A stretch of DNA of 64,000 bases, taken from Catajapyx aquilonaris. Its lineage: Eukaryota. Positions 25,101 to 37,711 of this stretch are shown in pieces. Position 1 is the stretch's first letter; each line of letters starts with the position of its first letter. The stretch lies in NCBI GenBank assembly GCA_000934665.2, contig JYFJ02001425.1, positions 1 to 64,000 of the forward strand, written 5' to 3'. Under the pieces are notes generated by a model. It did no database searches. It was given only the letters and a program-made list of their open reading frames with translations, and was not told the origin of the DNA. The position numbers and the translations under genes are program-made.

Positions 25101-28100
25101 ATTGGGAGCGGAACGGCAGTGTAATTTTGATGACTATAGTTGAGCGCAGGATCCAGGTCACAAGCATGTTATTATGGATTTAATGTTCATCACAGTAATT
25201 CGGAAATGCTGATGTTGAGATGTAGGTTGCTTAGGACCCCTAAGGTGCATTTTTACTCCAGTTTTACAGGGCATTGGTAATAAGGAGAAAATATGGGATG
25301 CCTCTAAGGAGCAGGCTGTTGGATAAATAAAATTACTGCTAAGGGGATAGAAATAATGCAGATGTTTCACTTTGTATGTATTTCTATAATTTATTTCTGA
25401 CATTGCCTACACTATAAGAGTCACAGTATTTTTAGTATCTTGACAACACATTGTCGTAAAGCAAATTTTCACAATAATCACATGCGTACCGCTGTCATAA
25501 AATTTACATTTGTTAATTTGAAAAAAAGCACATACACCTAGCCCAGTGGAATGTATGATGTGTATACGAGCAGCAGTGACATGTGAATTTATGCTTTGGA
25601 AAGCGCTTAGTTCGTCATATATTTAACTGCCATCCTCCGCCTCTATAGATCTGTCCATTCCTGGCTTGAATCTCTTCGCTTGTACACTGAAACGAGATGT
25701 AACTTATGGAGTCGGTTCCGATGTTATTCAATAATGTAAATGGCATTCCATCATCTTTCCAACTGGTAAATTACGAAAGTTATGGTGCTGATGAATTTTT
25801 ACTTGAAATAACCCGCTATAATGTGCCGTAGGTTTTTTTTTTCACCATAGGAGTTTGTCATGATATTAACCGGTTTATGACACTGACGGGGGAATGTCTG
25901 TTGACAATGTTCAGTTGATTAGTATTACAGTAAGGGGACTCCATATTCATAAACTCGAGTTACATAGGCTTTACCAATATTATGAGTTATTTTTCACCTG
26001 CTGCATCAGCCGTAGAATAGTGTCAGTTATTATGTGAATGGAGGCCTACTGCCCATTTCCTTTAAAAAATTGGAAGTGTTGCATGATACATAGCCCTGTA
26101 TGCCCGAGATGCGTCAGCAAATATGCATTTCCCTGGGATCAATGGAATCGTGAGGAATGATGTGGAACCTGCGGGTTTTGGTTAAGGGAGCAAGGGACCC
26201 CTTATTCCCTACCTCCTCAACAGACACCCTCCTCCTGATCAGAATGCAGGACGGGCAGGCGGGAAGGTGTTCCAGATCTGTTTTCTCACACGCAGCGTCC
26301 CCCACGGTGGTGACCCCGTGGCCAGGTAGGGCCATCTCTCATCCCGCCAGGAGGAGGAGGGCCCCCAAAAAAGAGCCGGAGATGAAATATGGCCTGGATT
26401 ATATACGCGGGGGAGTGGCGGGGGAGGGGACCGATCTAGCAAAAGGCGACCCTGGAATGTGGGGTACCCCCTGTTTCGGAAAATAAGAGCCTTAAACCAA
26501 CATTGACACTGGGCGTCAGAAAGTGATGTCCGGAACGAATCCGGCAAGGCCAAGGCGCCTTTTAGCTGCAAAAAAGGTGTAATTTGAAAGTTAGGGAGCG
26601 TGACAGTGTCGTCATGAACAAAGAGATGGTGACTGGGATTCTGCGATGCTGCATGGAGATGGGACCACCCGATTTAGTGTTAAGGTCGGTTTCCACATCC
26701 GCGAGAATGCAAGAGAATTTCACGCAGAAAGTCCTTTTGCTCAATAAATCCTGGGTGTCATATTGTTTTCATGTCAAGGCACAATATGTGAAATAGTTCC
26801 TTTCCCAGAGTACAACTGATGTGCATGTACCATTTTGATGTGATTGCAAAGTCGACCGTAAAGTCAACGCTTCATTATTATTTTTTCTCTCATTGCATTA
26901 AAATAGCAACCGGTGTTTATACGTAGTGCGGCTGTTTACGTTGTGTTGAAATTCGTCAAGGCCATGTTATTCAATATATGAAGCAATTCAGCATGAAGTT
27001 CTAAATCATAGCGGAAAGCGAACGTCGGAAACGAATATTTACGAGTAATTAAATATTGTGCTGGTGTGCTTAAAGTGAACCAGCCAGTAATTTTGCGGCA
27101 TTAGCACTGATGATCGAATATTCTCCATTGCGACAGGACCATGGGCTGGGGGGAAAAAATCTTCAACGCACTGTTTTTCTTGAGTTATTGTGTTGCTTTT
27201 AGGCGAATGATGAGGGAGGCAATATATGGGCTTCAATTTTGAGCTTAGATTATCATCAATTCACGTTAAGCCTATACCAGGCCCTACGATTTATGGACAC
27301 GTGTCTTTATTAGCATTACATTTAAAAAAAATTGAGAGGGAGGTATTAGGCATTAGACCAACTTGGGGAGGGTTTGCTACTGCTGTGTATACATGGGCGT
27401 CAGCTGCGCCTGAGGTTGGATTGAGCACGTATAGTGAAGAGACGTGGGTGCTGCTAGCGAGAATCGTGTTGGTAACACACTCTGGCTATCCAGAGATGTA
27501 TAAAATTTTTCGAGGCTGCATCTCAGCAATGGTTTTGAACCCTGGAGTGTGTCTCTTATCGTGCGAAGGCGGTGCGCATCCTCGGGGTGGGAATTGATTT
27601 GGGCCAAGGAGTTGTGTGTCTTGGGCCTCCTGGATGGCCCGACGTAACGAGGCGCCCGTAACCGTCTGGGGCGCTGTGTTAGCGTGTGATAGGCGCCCAA
27701 GTGTGTAGTCTTTGCTATTGGGATGAGAAGTTGGGGGTGCTTGCAAGTTTGAGAAACAAGCCCCAAGTCTGCCGAAAATCAATCGAGACATGGATGTTAA
27801 CCAGCAGCGCACCAGGAATTAAGGGATTATGACGTGTTGGTATATTGCATTGGTATCACTGGCGTTGAATGGGATGGGCCAGTGTCGTGCGGCGTATCGA
27901 TCATGTCTGAAAGGTGTGACACCACTCGCATTGACTGTGAATTGTAAATAAAATAAAATAAGTTACTGAATCTCAAATTGCCGAGGTCATAATTTCATCA
28001 AGTTGTTGTGTAAATTCTGACCAGATCTTAACGTAATTGTGCATTACCCGTGGATTGATTAGCGCGGAAGAGCCTTGGGGACCCAAATCCATCTAGGAAA

Positions 28101-31100
28101 AGTTATGATTATGGGTACCATTATCTAGGCGGCAATAGTTATTAGCCCCATTCTGATGAAGTCAAACCTGATAAACAAGCCATTTACAGCAGCGCTAAAT
28201 AATTGTTGGCGTCGATGGAATCGGTGGCCTATGATTACAAAAACACATTGCTCGAATAAGCAGTAAATAAGGCAATAAAGACGATCATTACGCTATTCGA
28301 TTTAATTACGACGTCATGCGGCCCGTGACATGTGCAATGTCCCTGTTAACTTTAATGGGTATATATCCTGACGCTTAGGCTGACGGCATCCGAAAGGAGT
28401 TTTGTGCCAGACTTTTCTTACAAGTTGTGCATCTTCATCCCTCACAATCGCACCGACAATCTTCACCTTTCCATGCGAAATTGAGGCTTAGTTCGAGTGA
28501 TAGAAGTGGAGGAAGGGGGTGGGGTTTTACACTGGGGAGATGGAAAGGGGGAGGTAGGGTAGGGAGGGGGAGGGTTATACGTGCCACCACTCGCCGGAAA
28601 CAAGGGCTGGGATAGTGGCAGAGCTGCGGATGCAAATCTACCCGACTTGCCGTGATGAGCCGATAGCGCGGTATCATTAGCATGGACTTTTTTTTTAGTT
28701 GGGAATTTAGGGAGGGGGAGGAAGGGTTGGGGGAACGGGATTAGGCCAACTTACGGGGCTGCTGCTGGGGAGGGGGTAGGATTTTGGTGCTCTGCATATA
28801 TGGCGTCAGCTGCGACTGAGGTCGAGTTGAGCACGTATCAAAAAGAGAGACGTGAATGTCGGAAGAGCAGCCAGAGAAATATTTTTGGCAAAAGCGAGGA
28901 AAAGAGGCACACACTCTGTTTTTTTTTCTTTCGAAAAAAAAGAGAGAAGCGAACTCTCGGAATGGCTTTCCTTTTTGCGGTGGACATGATGCTTCCGAAT
29001 TCATACGAACCCAAACGGATCGTAAGACCGGGGGATTTGCCGTCTGCTTTATTGTGCGAGGCTAAGCTCGAGGACGTGAACCGCCTTTGGTACAAGCCGG
29101 CCACTGATTCTCTCGTGGGGTGTATATGGCAGGGGTATTTTTCACTACCCAAGCGAAGGATAATATCTTGAAGATCCTTACAGCTTGTCGTCAGTTCATT
29201 CCATGCGTTTTCACGCCGATGCCTTTGCGAAGCACATACCGCCGAAATAAAACGCGAAGGGTTAAAAAAAAAAGTAAGCCCGATGCTCAGTAGAGGTTTA
29301 CGGAAATTACGTTGAAACGCTGTGGCTTTTCTTCACACCTGACTGCTAATGGAGAATAGGGAGCGTTTCTTGTCCGCCGGTTGATAGAGGTGTAAAAAAA
29401 GGGTAGGTGAAGAATTGGTTGACGGAGCCCTAAAGTTAGAAAAAAAGCTTAATTGTATCTCTTCGATATAGGAGGAGTGTGTAAAGTAAAATGAAACTAG
29501 AACCGGTGTGCATATAGGAAGACAGGTTGAAAAGCGGCGCAATTGGTCAGAAATTGTTATGAAATTTTGTACTCGTAACAGAGTGCCAATTGCTATTGAA
29601 ATACGTCCTATCCGGCAGTCAAAATTTGTAAGTTATTTTGGACTTAGGATTGGTTGAGTAGGTCGATTAGCTCGGGTAGCCCGCATTTTTTTTTTTTTTT
29701 CCATGGAGGCAGAAAATGTCGAGATTTGATCCAAGGTGTGGAGCTATCCAGCACACTGTGCATGACAGTGCAGGTAAGAGAACCGGTGGATTGCATAGCA
29801 CTTTCCCGATAGTTCCGCTCCATCGCACACTTGTGGCCATTTTGGAAAAGAACAACGTGGTCGTTGGCCTTGTGTTTGCTGGTGAAGTATCGCTCCTCCC
29901 TTGTTGTCCATCTCGAAGGAAAAGGCGGCAATTTTACGTCCGTTTCTCCCGTACCTATCGGACAGGTAATCGTATCGGACGTTCCGTTTGGCGGGGGTGG
30001 CTCTTACACGAATTCCCCACAGGCGGCGATAAAAGGAACATCGTTCATAGTTAGCCATCGCCCAAGAGGGCAACGTCCTGCCCCCACGAGAAGGACAGCA
30101 CATCACCGTTTCATTTGGTGCGTATACGTGTAGGAAACCGCTTTAAAATTCAGCCTGGTCCGAGAGATGCGCTGCTGCTGAACCGGATCTTTTTTTTTTA
30201 TTCCAAGCGAAAGAAATGCTTCATTGCAGATTGATTGTATCAGAGCACCTCCTTTGTTTTGGACCACTGGGGGCCCACCTACCTCGATGCACAAAGGGCC
30301 ACGTCTCACATGTATGGACCTCCTAAAAATGACGGATGACGTCTCGTCTCAGACATTCCCGGTGTCTTGCACATCGTCCTAGTACACACTTGGGGGAAAG
30401 GGGCTGGATGGGACCCTGTACCGAGCAAGTGTCACGTTCCTGGATGATGGCTCCGTCGGTTATCTTAAGGAACTTTGTTGCAACTTGGACCAACGAGCAC
30501 GACGGAAGGGAACGAGGAAGCTTAAACCGCAGTCCTCCCCCCGGTTTTAATTGTAGGCTCGTGTGTAACCGTTTTGTTCCCGAAGGTACGAATTCCTCAT
30601 ATTTTAATCCGATGGATTATTCATCGCCACGTAGCAGCCTCCAACCGGAGCGCAGTGAAATACTGCAGGCTGCCTGTAAACAGCAGCCGGGAGGATCACT
30701 ACGAGGTTCTCTGCTCCTTGCGCAATGATAAAACGTGGGATCACACACTCATTCGACCCTTCCCCCTTTAAAAAAATCCTAACCTGGAAAGGTAGCTTGT
30801 TAAAAAAAAAAAAAGATCTGTCGTAACGGTTGCGGCGTTAATTGGTGCTCCAAAAAGCGTCGCGTGCAGAGCAAGGTGACTACAGCACCCCTATCCTTCT
30901 TCCGGTACATTGGAGATAAGGCATGTAAGAAGACCGTTTCTAACCGTGGGGATCGAATGATTTGTCATGGCGAATTAATACTTCGGGGGTAGTTATTTCG
31001 TCAGGTCCAATTTTAGAACACATTTCTTACCTGGGGTTAAAGAGGGGTGGGGGAGAACATTTTTCTAGGCCAAGTCAACACTCATTGGATCCGAATCCCT

Positions 31101-34100
31101 TTGCATTTCACATTCAGATAAATAAGCAAATCTGTGCAGGGATAATTGCACGTGTAATTTTCATAATATGCCAGGCATTATTTTGGCCGAAGGTTAGGTA
31201 ATTGCTTGCTTCAAGGCCTGTGGAAGCATGTGTGCGTAGTTCAAATAAAAATGTTAGGCTCGTTACTTTTGTTCAGGGAGGGATATGGATAGGCATTGTC
31301 GTGATCCGGGACGTGATTGATTGCCAGACAAAGCGTGTCGGTCCGTCTGTTTAGAATACTCCTGACGCCTTCTTGTGGAAATGGGAAACTTTTTGAAGAC
31401 CTGTTTCCTCCGCGTTCATTAGCTTACAATCGGGGGACCATTCGGATTAATTTGGATAATGGACGTTCCCCATATCAGTCCCCGGTACAGTATTAATGGT
31501 TCCTTTCACACAAAGCTGCTTACCCCTCGCGCGCCTTTTTTTATGGCGATGGTTATGATAAGGATATGCAGTGGGGGCATATAATAATTTCCTGCAGTGT
31601 AACGGAAAAACTGAGCAGGTATGGGAATAGGTGCCTTTTTATAAGCTTTGGTGGGGTTAGCAGATGGCAGTGGAGACCGGAACGGGTTTTTTGGGAGGGC
31701 AAACAATGCTCCCTTCCTCCATTTTTTTTTTTCTCTTTTTCTGGAGGCCTCACCTATCCTACCTAGCTACAACCCACAATCCCCCACGATTGACGCTACC
31801 TGATCAATGCGCTTTGTGGGGCGCACAAAGGCGCCACTCGGCCGCTTTGTCCGCCGGGGCGGCATATCTAATTACCCCTGAATCCACGTTGGTTTAAATG
31901 AAAAGGGTGGGACGGAGCAGGGGAACCCGGAATTAGCCCTTTGGGGGTGGGTGGGTGGGAGGTTGGAAAAAAAAGGAGGGAAGGGGACGCAGGTGAAAGC
32001 GAGGTGCGGTAATTGAAGGCAAAATGGCAGGGATCGCGACTTTCACCTCGGCGGTCACGTTGTGGTCGCCACCAATGTCCGCGCCTAGAAAAAGGGTTGT
32101 ACGTTAGAAGAATGCGATGACCATCCATTTTTGTTGAAGGGGTGAGAGAAAAAAATGGTAGCTTCCAACTCTTTCCAGACTTGTATTATTTTGGGGGGTC
32201 AAAACCGGCTGCGGCAACTTGCTACCCCTCGTCCATACCCTTGGCTCACCTGCGATCAAACCTGTCGGTGACTTCACCGCGGGATATACAAGGGACAGGA
32301 GGCTCATCTTCGCTCCGAGAAGTTGAGAGGTTGTAGCTACCCCTCCTGCTGCCTACACCACCACTACCACCACCACCGAAGAATCTTTTTCTCGTTTAGC
32401 TTGTACCTTGGAATCCGGCGCATGGAGTGATCCACGCCATCCATCACGCTCGAAAAGAGGCTTATATCCCGGGATAGGCCCTGTGTACACTTGGCCCGGG
32501 GAATAATCCGGTACACAAGTTAACGCAGGCGGACGATGCTGGACCTCGGTCAGTGCATGGGCGGGTTTTAAACTGGGGTCCATTTGTTTTCCTCCACTTT
32601 GCTTATTCCCATCGTGCCGAAGAGTCACGACGTCGTTTGAGGGACATGATTGCAAGAACTGGACATTTTCTTTTTTTCTTTTTTTTTTGCTCGTTTGCTT
32701 TTTATTTTGGCAAACCCGATCACTTCCCTCCAGCTCTTGGGTGGTGGAACCAGATGACATGAGGGGGACCCCCTGGTGAAGCTGGAGAAGGGTGAGGCAG
32801 CACGAGCCCAGCAGGCGGCGAAGGGCCCCTGATTAGAGGATCATTGTCTTTGCGGCTCCTCCCCGGCCGCTCTAGTTTCATGCAGGGGGGTGGTGGCCAT
32901 ATCCAAATTGGATTTGTGTCCATGCACGCGCTGTGGAAAACCCTCATTGCTCGACCGCCACGATGTGTTAATACCCGCCGGACAGCTATGGGGACACCCT
33001 GTATGTAAGACCCGTGGAATAAGAGGGACGTCCCGTTGTGACATGCGAGGGGGGATGGGCCAACGACCCTGCCTTGCCTCTGGCGAAGGTCATCAGCATC
33101 CCAGAAGGGGTCGTTTTCGGTCGGATCCCATGTGCCCCCCTGAGGCGATTTCGGAATGTTTCAGAATCGAGACAATGTCCACTCGCGGAAGTTTGGCTGT
33201 CATTGATGGCCCGGTTCCCACGTGGGGGTTTCTCTGGCGACCACCAGTGTTGTCCCCAACACGTATTACATCAATTGCGTGCATCTAAGGCCAGGTAGGG
33301 ATTCGGGGTTCTACCTCCCNNNNNNCCCCCCCCCCCCCTCCTGCACTCGAGAGTGGTCAAAGGAGAGGAAAGGAGACTCTCATAGGCCTGTAATTCGGAG
33401 AGCTAACAAAGAATTGTTGCTGACACGTGCGCCGCGTCCTTCGGGTGTTGCGTGCGTTTTGTTCCGCAAGAGGCATATATTCTCAAGAAGTGAGCTCAGG
33501 ACACACAAAAAAGACGATATCGACCCACATCTTCAGGAAGGGAGATCAAACTGATAATTATGCACCCCCTGGTGCTTAATATTACTCCAACATCCCCCTC
33601 CCCCCCTTTCCCTGGGTGATCGAAACATGCATTTATATAATATATATGGGCAACCGGATGAGCAAGCAGATAGGAATAGCGTTGTCAATCAAAAGGAATG
33701 CTGCTGACCAGCACCTACCAGCGGTTTTTCGCTGGGAAACCAGTTTGGTTGCTTATCGGCGGAATCGGGGTGGATTTTTTTCTCTTCTTTTTTTTTCGTG
33801 GGAAAACCTTGTTGCGGCGGCCTCGCTCCCAACAGCAGGAGGAGGAGCCGGGCATTTCGGGATGCTGTTGGGAAAGGGTAATGAGCAGGTTTGGGAGAAA
33901 GTACCACAGTCCTTCTCAGCCTTCCCGTGCATATTTTCTGCGCAACATAATAACTCCGTGGATGGAGAGTGTTTGCTGCTGCTTGGAGTATATTCTTAGG
34001 AGGAGTTTTTATTTTATTGTGACGGATCCCTGCTGGAAAAAAATGCCCAGTATATGGAAGATGAAAGTGAAAATTTCTCCATCCCACTCCCAGTTTTATG

Positions 34101-34660
34101 CAAATTTACGGTTAAGATTGTAGGTCCTGTACTGTTCCATAATAATGACTGCTAATAATGCTAAATGATGATAATTTATAATGAGGTAATTGGCGGTAAT
34201 TTGTGTGTCACTCGAACAGTGTACTGTACAGTATAAGCAAAGCCGAAATCAACAATCCTGAAATGAATTATGCAGTAGTTGAGAATAATTTGCGTATAAA
34301 AAGTATATTGCATAATACTGTATATGGTAGTTGTTTGCAAGATCCGTCACAAATAATGTAGTGATGTGCAGTTAAATTTGACCCAAACCACGTATTCTAA
34401 TAAGTTTCAGTCACGTTGAGTCAAATACAAACTAGGCCCTACATGTATAATTAATCAACATATAGCCTATAATGCGGATTTGCCGTCCATATGATTCAAA
34501 TGTGAATGTCTTGTTGAATAGAAACGACATTTCAAGTCACTTTTTACTGACCGCTTTGATGCTGAATTAATTATGAATATCGGCTTAGTAGTTTTTCGGG
34601 TAATGCTGTGCAGATGTAAATTTGCGTAATTCACATTTGTGGCCACGTCCATCATGATGA

Positions 34661-34720
<60 letters not shown>
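34661..34720. repeat. (TAT)n microsatellite
   Basis: About 20 perfect units. Confidence 0.95.
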
Positions 34721-34722
<2 letters not shown>

Positions 34723-37630
34723 GCTAACTATCTAATTACAGGTAGGAGAGTATAGTGTAACAGGGGATATACATTGATGTAAGCTTTGTGTGCGGATGTT
34801 TTTTTACCTGATGTTTTTTTTTTGGAAGAGGTATCCGGGAAGTGGCATTCGCATGTGTGCTCTTGAATGGGGGGTCTGCTCGTGGTCCGTGTTGGGATCC
34901 GCGTGTGATGAGGCCCACAGATTAGGCGATCCATAGCAACCCCCCACAAGCGAGCCCCATCTCCGCAAACTCTAGATTAGGGGTATTCCTGTTTTCAAAC
35001 GAACCAATATTTTTGCACCGGCCGGTGCCGGGAGAGGGAAACGAGTCCCGGTAATAAACATGGGGAAGGAGGAGGCGAATATAAGGGAGGCCAAAATGGG
35101 TTTGGGGGAGGGGAGCGTGACTTGCGACTTTTGGCAATGGCGAAAAAAAAGAGGGTCACCCAAAGTCGGAGGAAAATGCCTGGGGAAAATGTCCGGGGCG
35201 GAAAAGTCGGTACCGTGCTGCGAGGCTACCCCGCAGCTCTATTTCAAAGTCAGATTCCATTGCCGAGGATCACGTTTGGGTAGTATATTACGTCGCGGCT
35301 TTTCCTTCACTGCGGCTATTGTGTGGCGATAAATAAGTGGCGTCGGCACGCCCCTCTTTCCCGCCCCATCCAAGCACGGGAGCGTTCTATACACACACAA
35401 TATTCCCCGTGCCGTATGAACCACTTTCTCCAAAAAATTTGCCAAGTAAAACTGTGCACATTTGTGTGCTCAACTATAGGGTGTGCAGTGTGTCAGCAAA
35501 CGGAAACTGTAGCAGGTGAAAGCGTACTGGTGTTGATGGGTCCACTTTTTTGGCAGCTTAATTAACTCAGAGATCGATCTTGTTGAACATCCATCATTGC
35601 TTCTTTCTTAAAATTCAAACTAGATAACTTAGCGAGAAACCATCGTATATATGAAGGGTCGTGGAGGAAAGGAATGAGGGAGTGGTCATTTTGATAGAAA
35701 AATTGAGTGTTGCTCGAGGCGACAGAAATATGAACATTTACGCCATTTATCTGGCCAAACACCTTTTGTTGGAATCAAAATTAGCGGCATTCACGATTAT
35801 TGCGACTGGAAGCTGGAGAAGAATGAGCCGGAGAGATCGAGTGTAATCTAACGAGGAGTGCGGTTGACAGTCCCCTCCCGTCGTACCACTGCATCCTCGT
35901 AATAACGGGGCCCATCGATTTGATTGTGATTGATGCCTGATTGCCGCCTTTGAATCGCCGTCACTCGGGTCTCTCCCTCCCCTGCTGAAGCCCAGAGGGG
36001 AATGCGGAAGATGAAGGTGGTGCTGATGGCCGCAAGGGGTGGGGGTGGTTGGGGGAGTCGGGGTGATGGGGGTGGAGCCCTGGTGTGATGATCATCGAAG
36101 AAGATCCGTAGATTCTTACTAAAGGGAGGATTTATCGGGGCGATTTTGCAGGTTTCCGTCCCACTAATGAGAGGACAGATGTGCGACAAGTCAGGTTGCA
36201 TGCACGCCCTTTTTTTTGTTTGTTGGAGCGGCAAGGTTATTGAAAGTGACGCTAAGGGGAAGTAACACTTTGAAGTGACATTGTTGGCATGTTTTGAACC
36301 TTGTTTATCATGGCTGCGTGCAATAGTTTTTTTTTTTTTTTTGCAAGTATCGGCGTACACCTGGAGAAAACGTATTGCGGTCATACCAGCGATGGAGGAG
36401 TTTTGACAGGCGTGACATGCTAAGTGACTCGTCAGAGCTTCCCCCTCCTCCCAAAGTACTACATTACAACTTATGACTTGCAAACCTCCGGGTGTGCTAA
36501 TCTTGAATTGATTCACTTGAGACGAGTTTCTTTATTGGCCACGAAAGTGAACGTCCCGGAGACTTGGGAACCCCACCCGACATAACCGGCTGGCGGCAAT
36601 TTACTCCGGTCGTTTGTGGCCCAAATTTTGCACTCTTTGACAGCATCAAGATAAGCCCTGAAGTACCTGGTCTAATGAACCACGGGGAATGATGAAGGGC
36701 TGCATGAGGTGGGGAAAAAAGTAGGACCGTATTTTGTTTGCGGGCCATCCTTTCCTGGAGGTGAGAAGTGTTTGGACAAGCAGTAGGCTGCTTGGTGACG
36801 TTTGATTGGCAGAGAGAGTAGTAGGTGCTCCTCCGAGTGGCTGTCAATGATGAAGCAAAGGGTCAAAAGTGCGTTTGTTGTCGAGGTCGTTTGCCGAAGG
36901 GAGCAGCACCATTGTGTGCTGGGCGAGATGAAAAGAACGGCAGGTGAGAGAGCGAGAAAGAGAGAGAGGGCAATGGTGTCTAGTCAGCAGATAAGAGAGT
37001 TCCAGAGGCTCAGACTGCCACTATTAGGTTAGGGCTCCAGGAAGTCGAGAGTCAGCAGGCCTTCCCAGCCTCTTCCGCTTTGCCGCCTCTCAGATCAACT
37101 TTTTTTTTTCTCCCCCACCCCTCTTTTTTTCTCCCCCCGACTCTTATCTTATCCCACCCCCACTTTCATCTTGGTGTTCTCAGCAAAAGGAATCGAAAAC
37201 CTCCTGCTAGGCAAGGAAAAATGTCGAATCCCCCAAGCCCATCAGCGCCCTGTTTACATATTGTATGGCATGATCGATGTCTGGCTACCCAGTAATGTCG
37301 GGGGATCAGTGCGGAGATAATATTTTTTGCGGGTGTCGGATTTTTGATACCCTTGTTCGTGACGTTGACGTCAACGCCAACGACGACTTGATCCTTCCTT
37401 GTAAGGGGGGACCATTAGTTCCCCCATCTCCATTTTTTGTGTGCAGGCGTCACTTTTTATCCCCGTCTAGTTTGTCTGCGGGGAACGTCAAACCGCATTA
37501 AGAAATGATAATGGTTGACTTTTTTTCTGATCCTCACTCTTGACGGGAGAGGCTGAGGTCAGGTGACGACGAGCTTGAAACTACACATTATTGACCGCAT
37601 CTTTTTTTTTCTTCCCTTTCTCCTTGGCAG

Positions 37631-37711
37631 GTCCGACGAAGAAGATGCCAGCGGCAGTAAATACACCCGGATGGAGGAGGAGAGCATTCAGGACAAAGAA
37701 AGGTTCGCCAG
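37631..37711 (+). CDS. tgo: ARNT/tango first common exon (SDEEDASGSKYTRMEEESIQDKERFAR)
   Basis: Strong pyrimidine tract + cag| ... |gtgagt, phase 2-2. IQDKERFA matches the Drosophila Tango N-terminus. Confidence 0.95.

Noticed and set aside
33318..33338. N run within a C homopolymer (also a single n at 38863)
   Set aside because: Sequencing/assembly ambiguity, not biology.
36848..36949. ATG-initiated segment ending CAG|gtgaga upstream of exon 37631
   Set aside because: The donor is phase 1 in that frame and so incompatible with the phase-2 common exon; at most a non-coding exon, unsupported.
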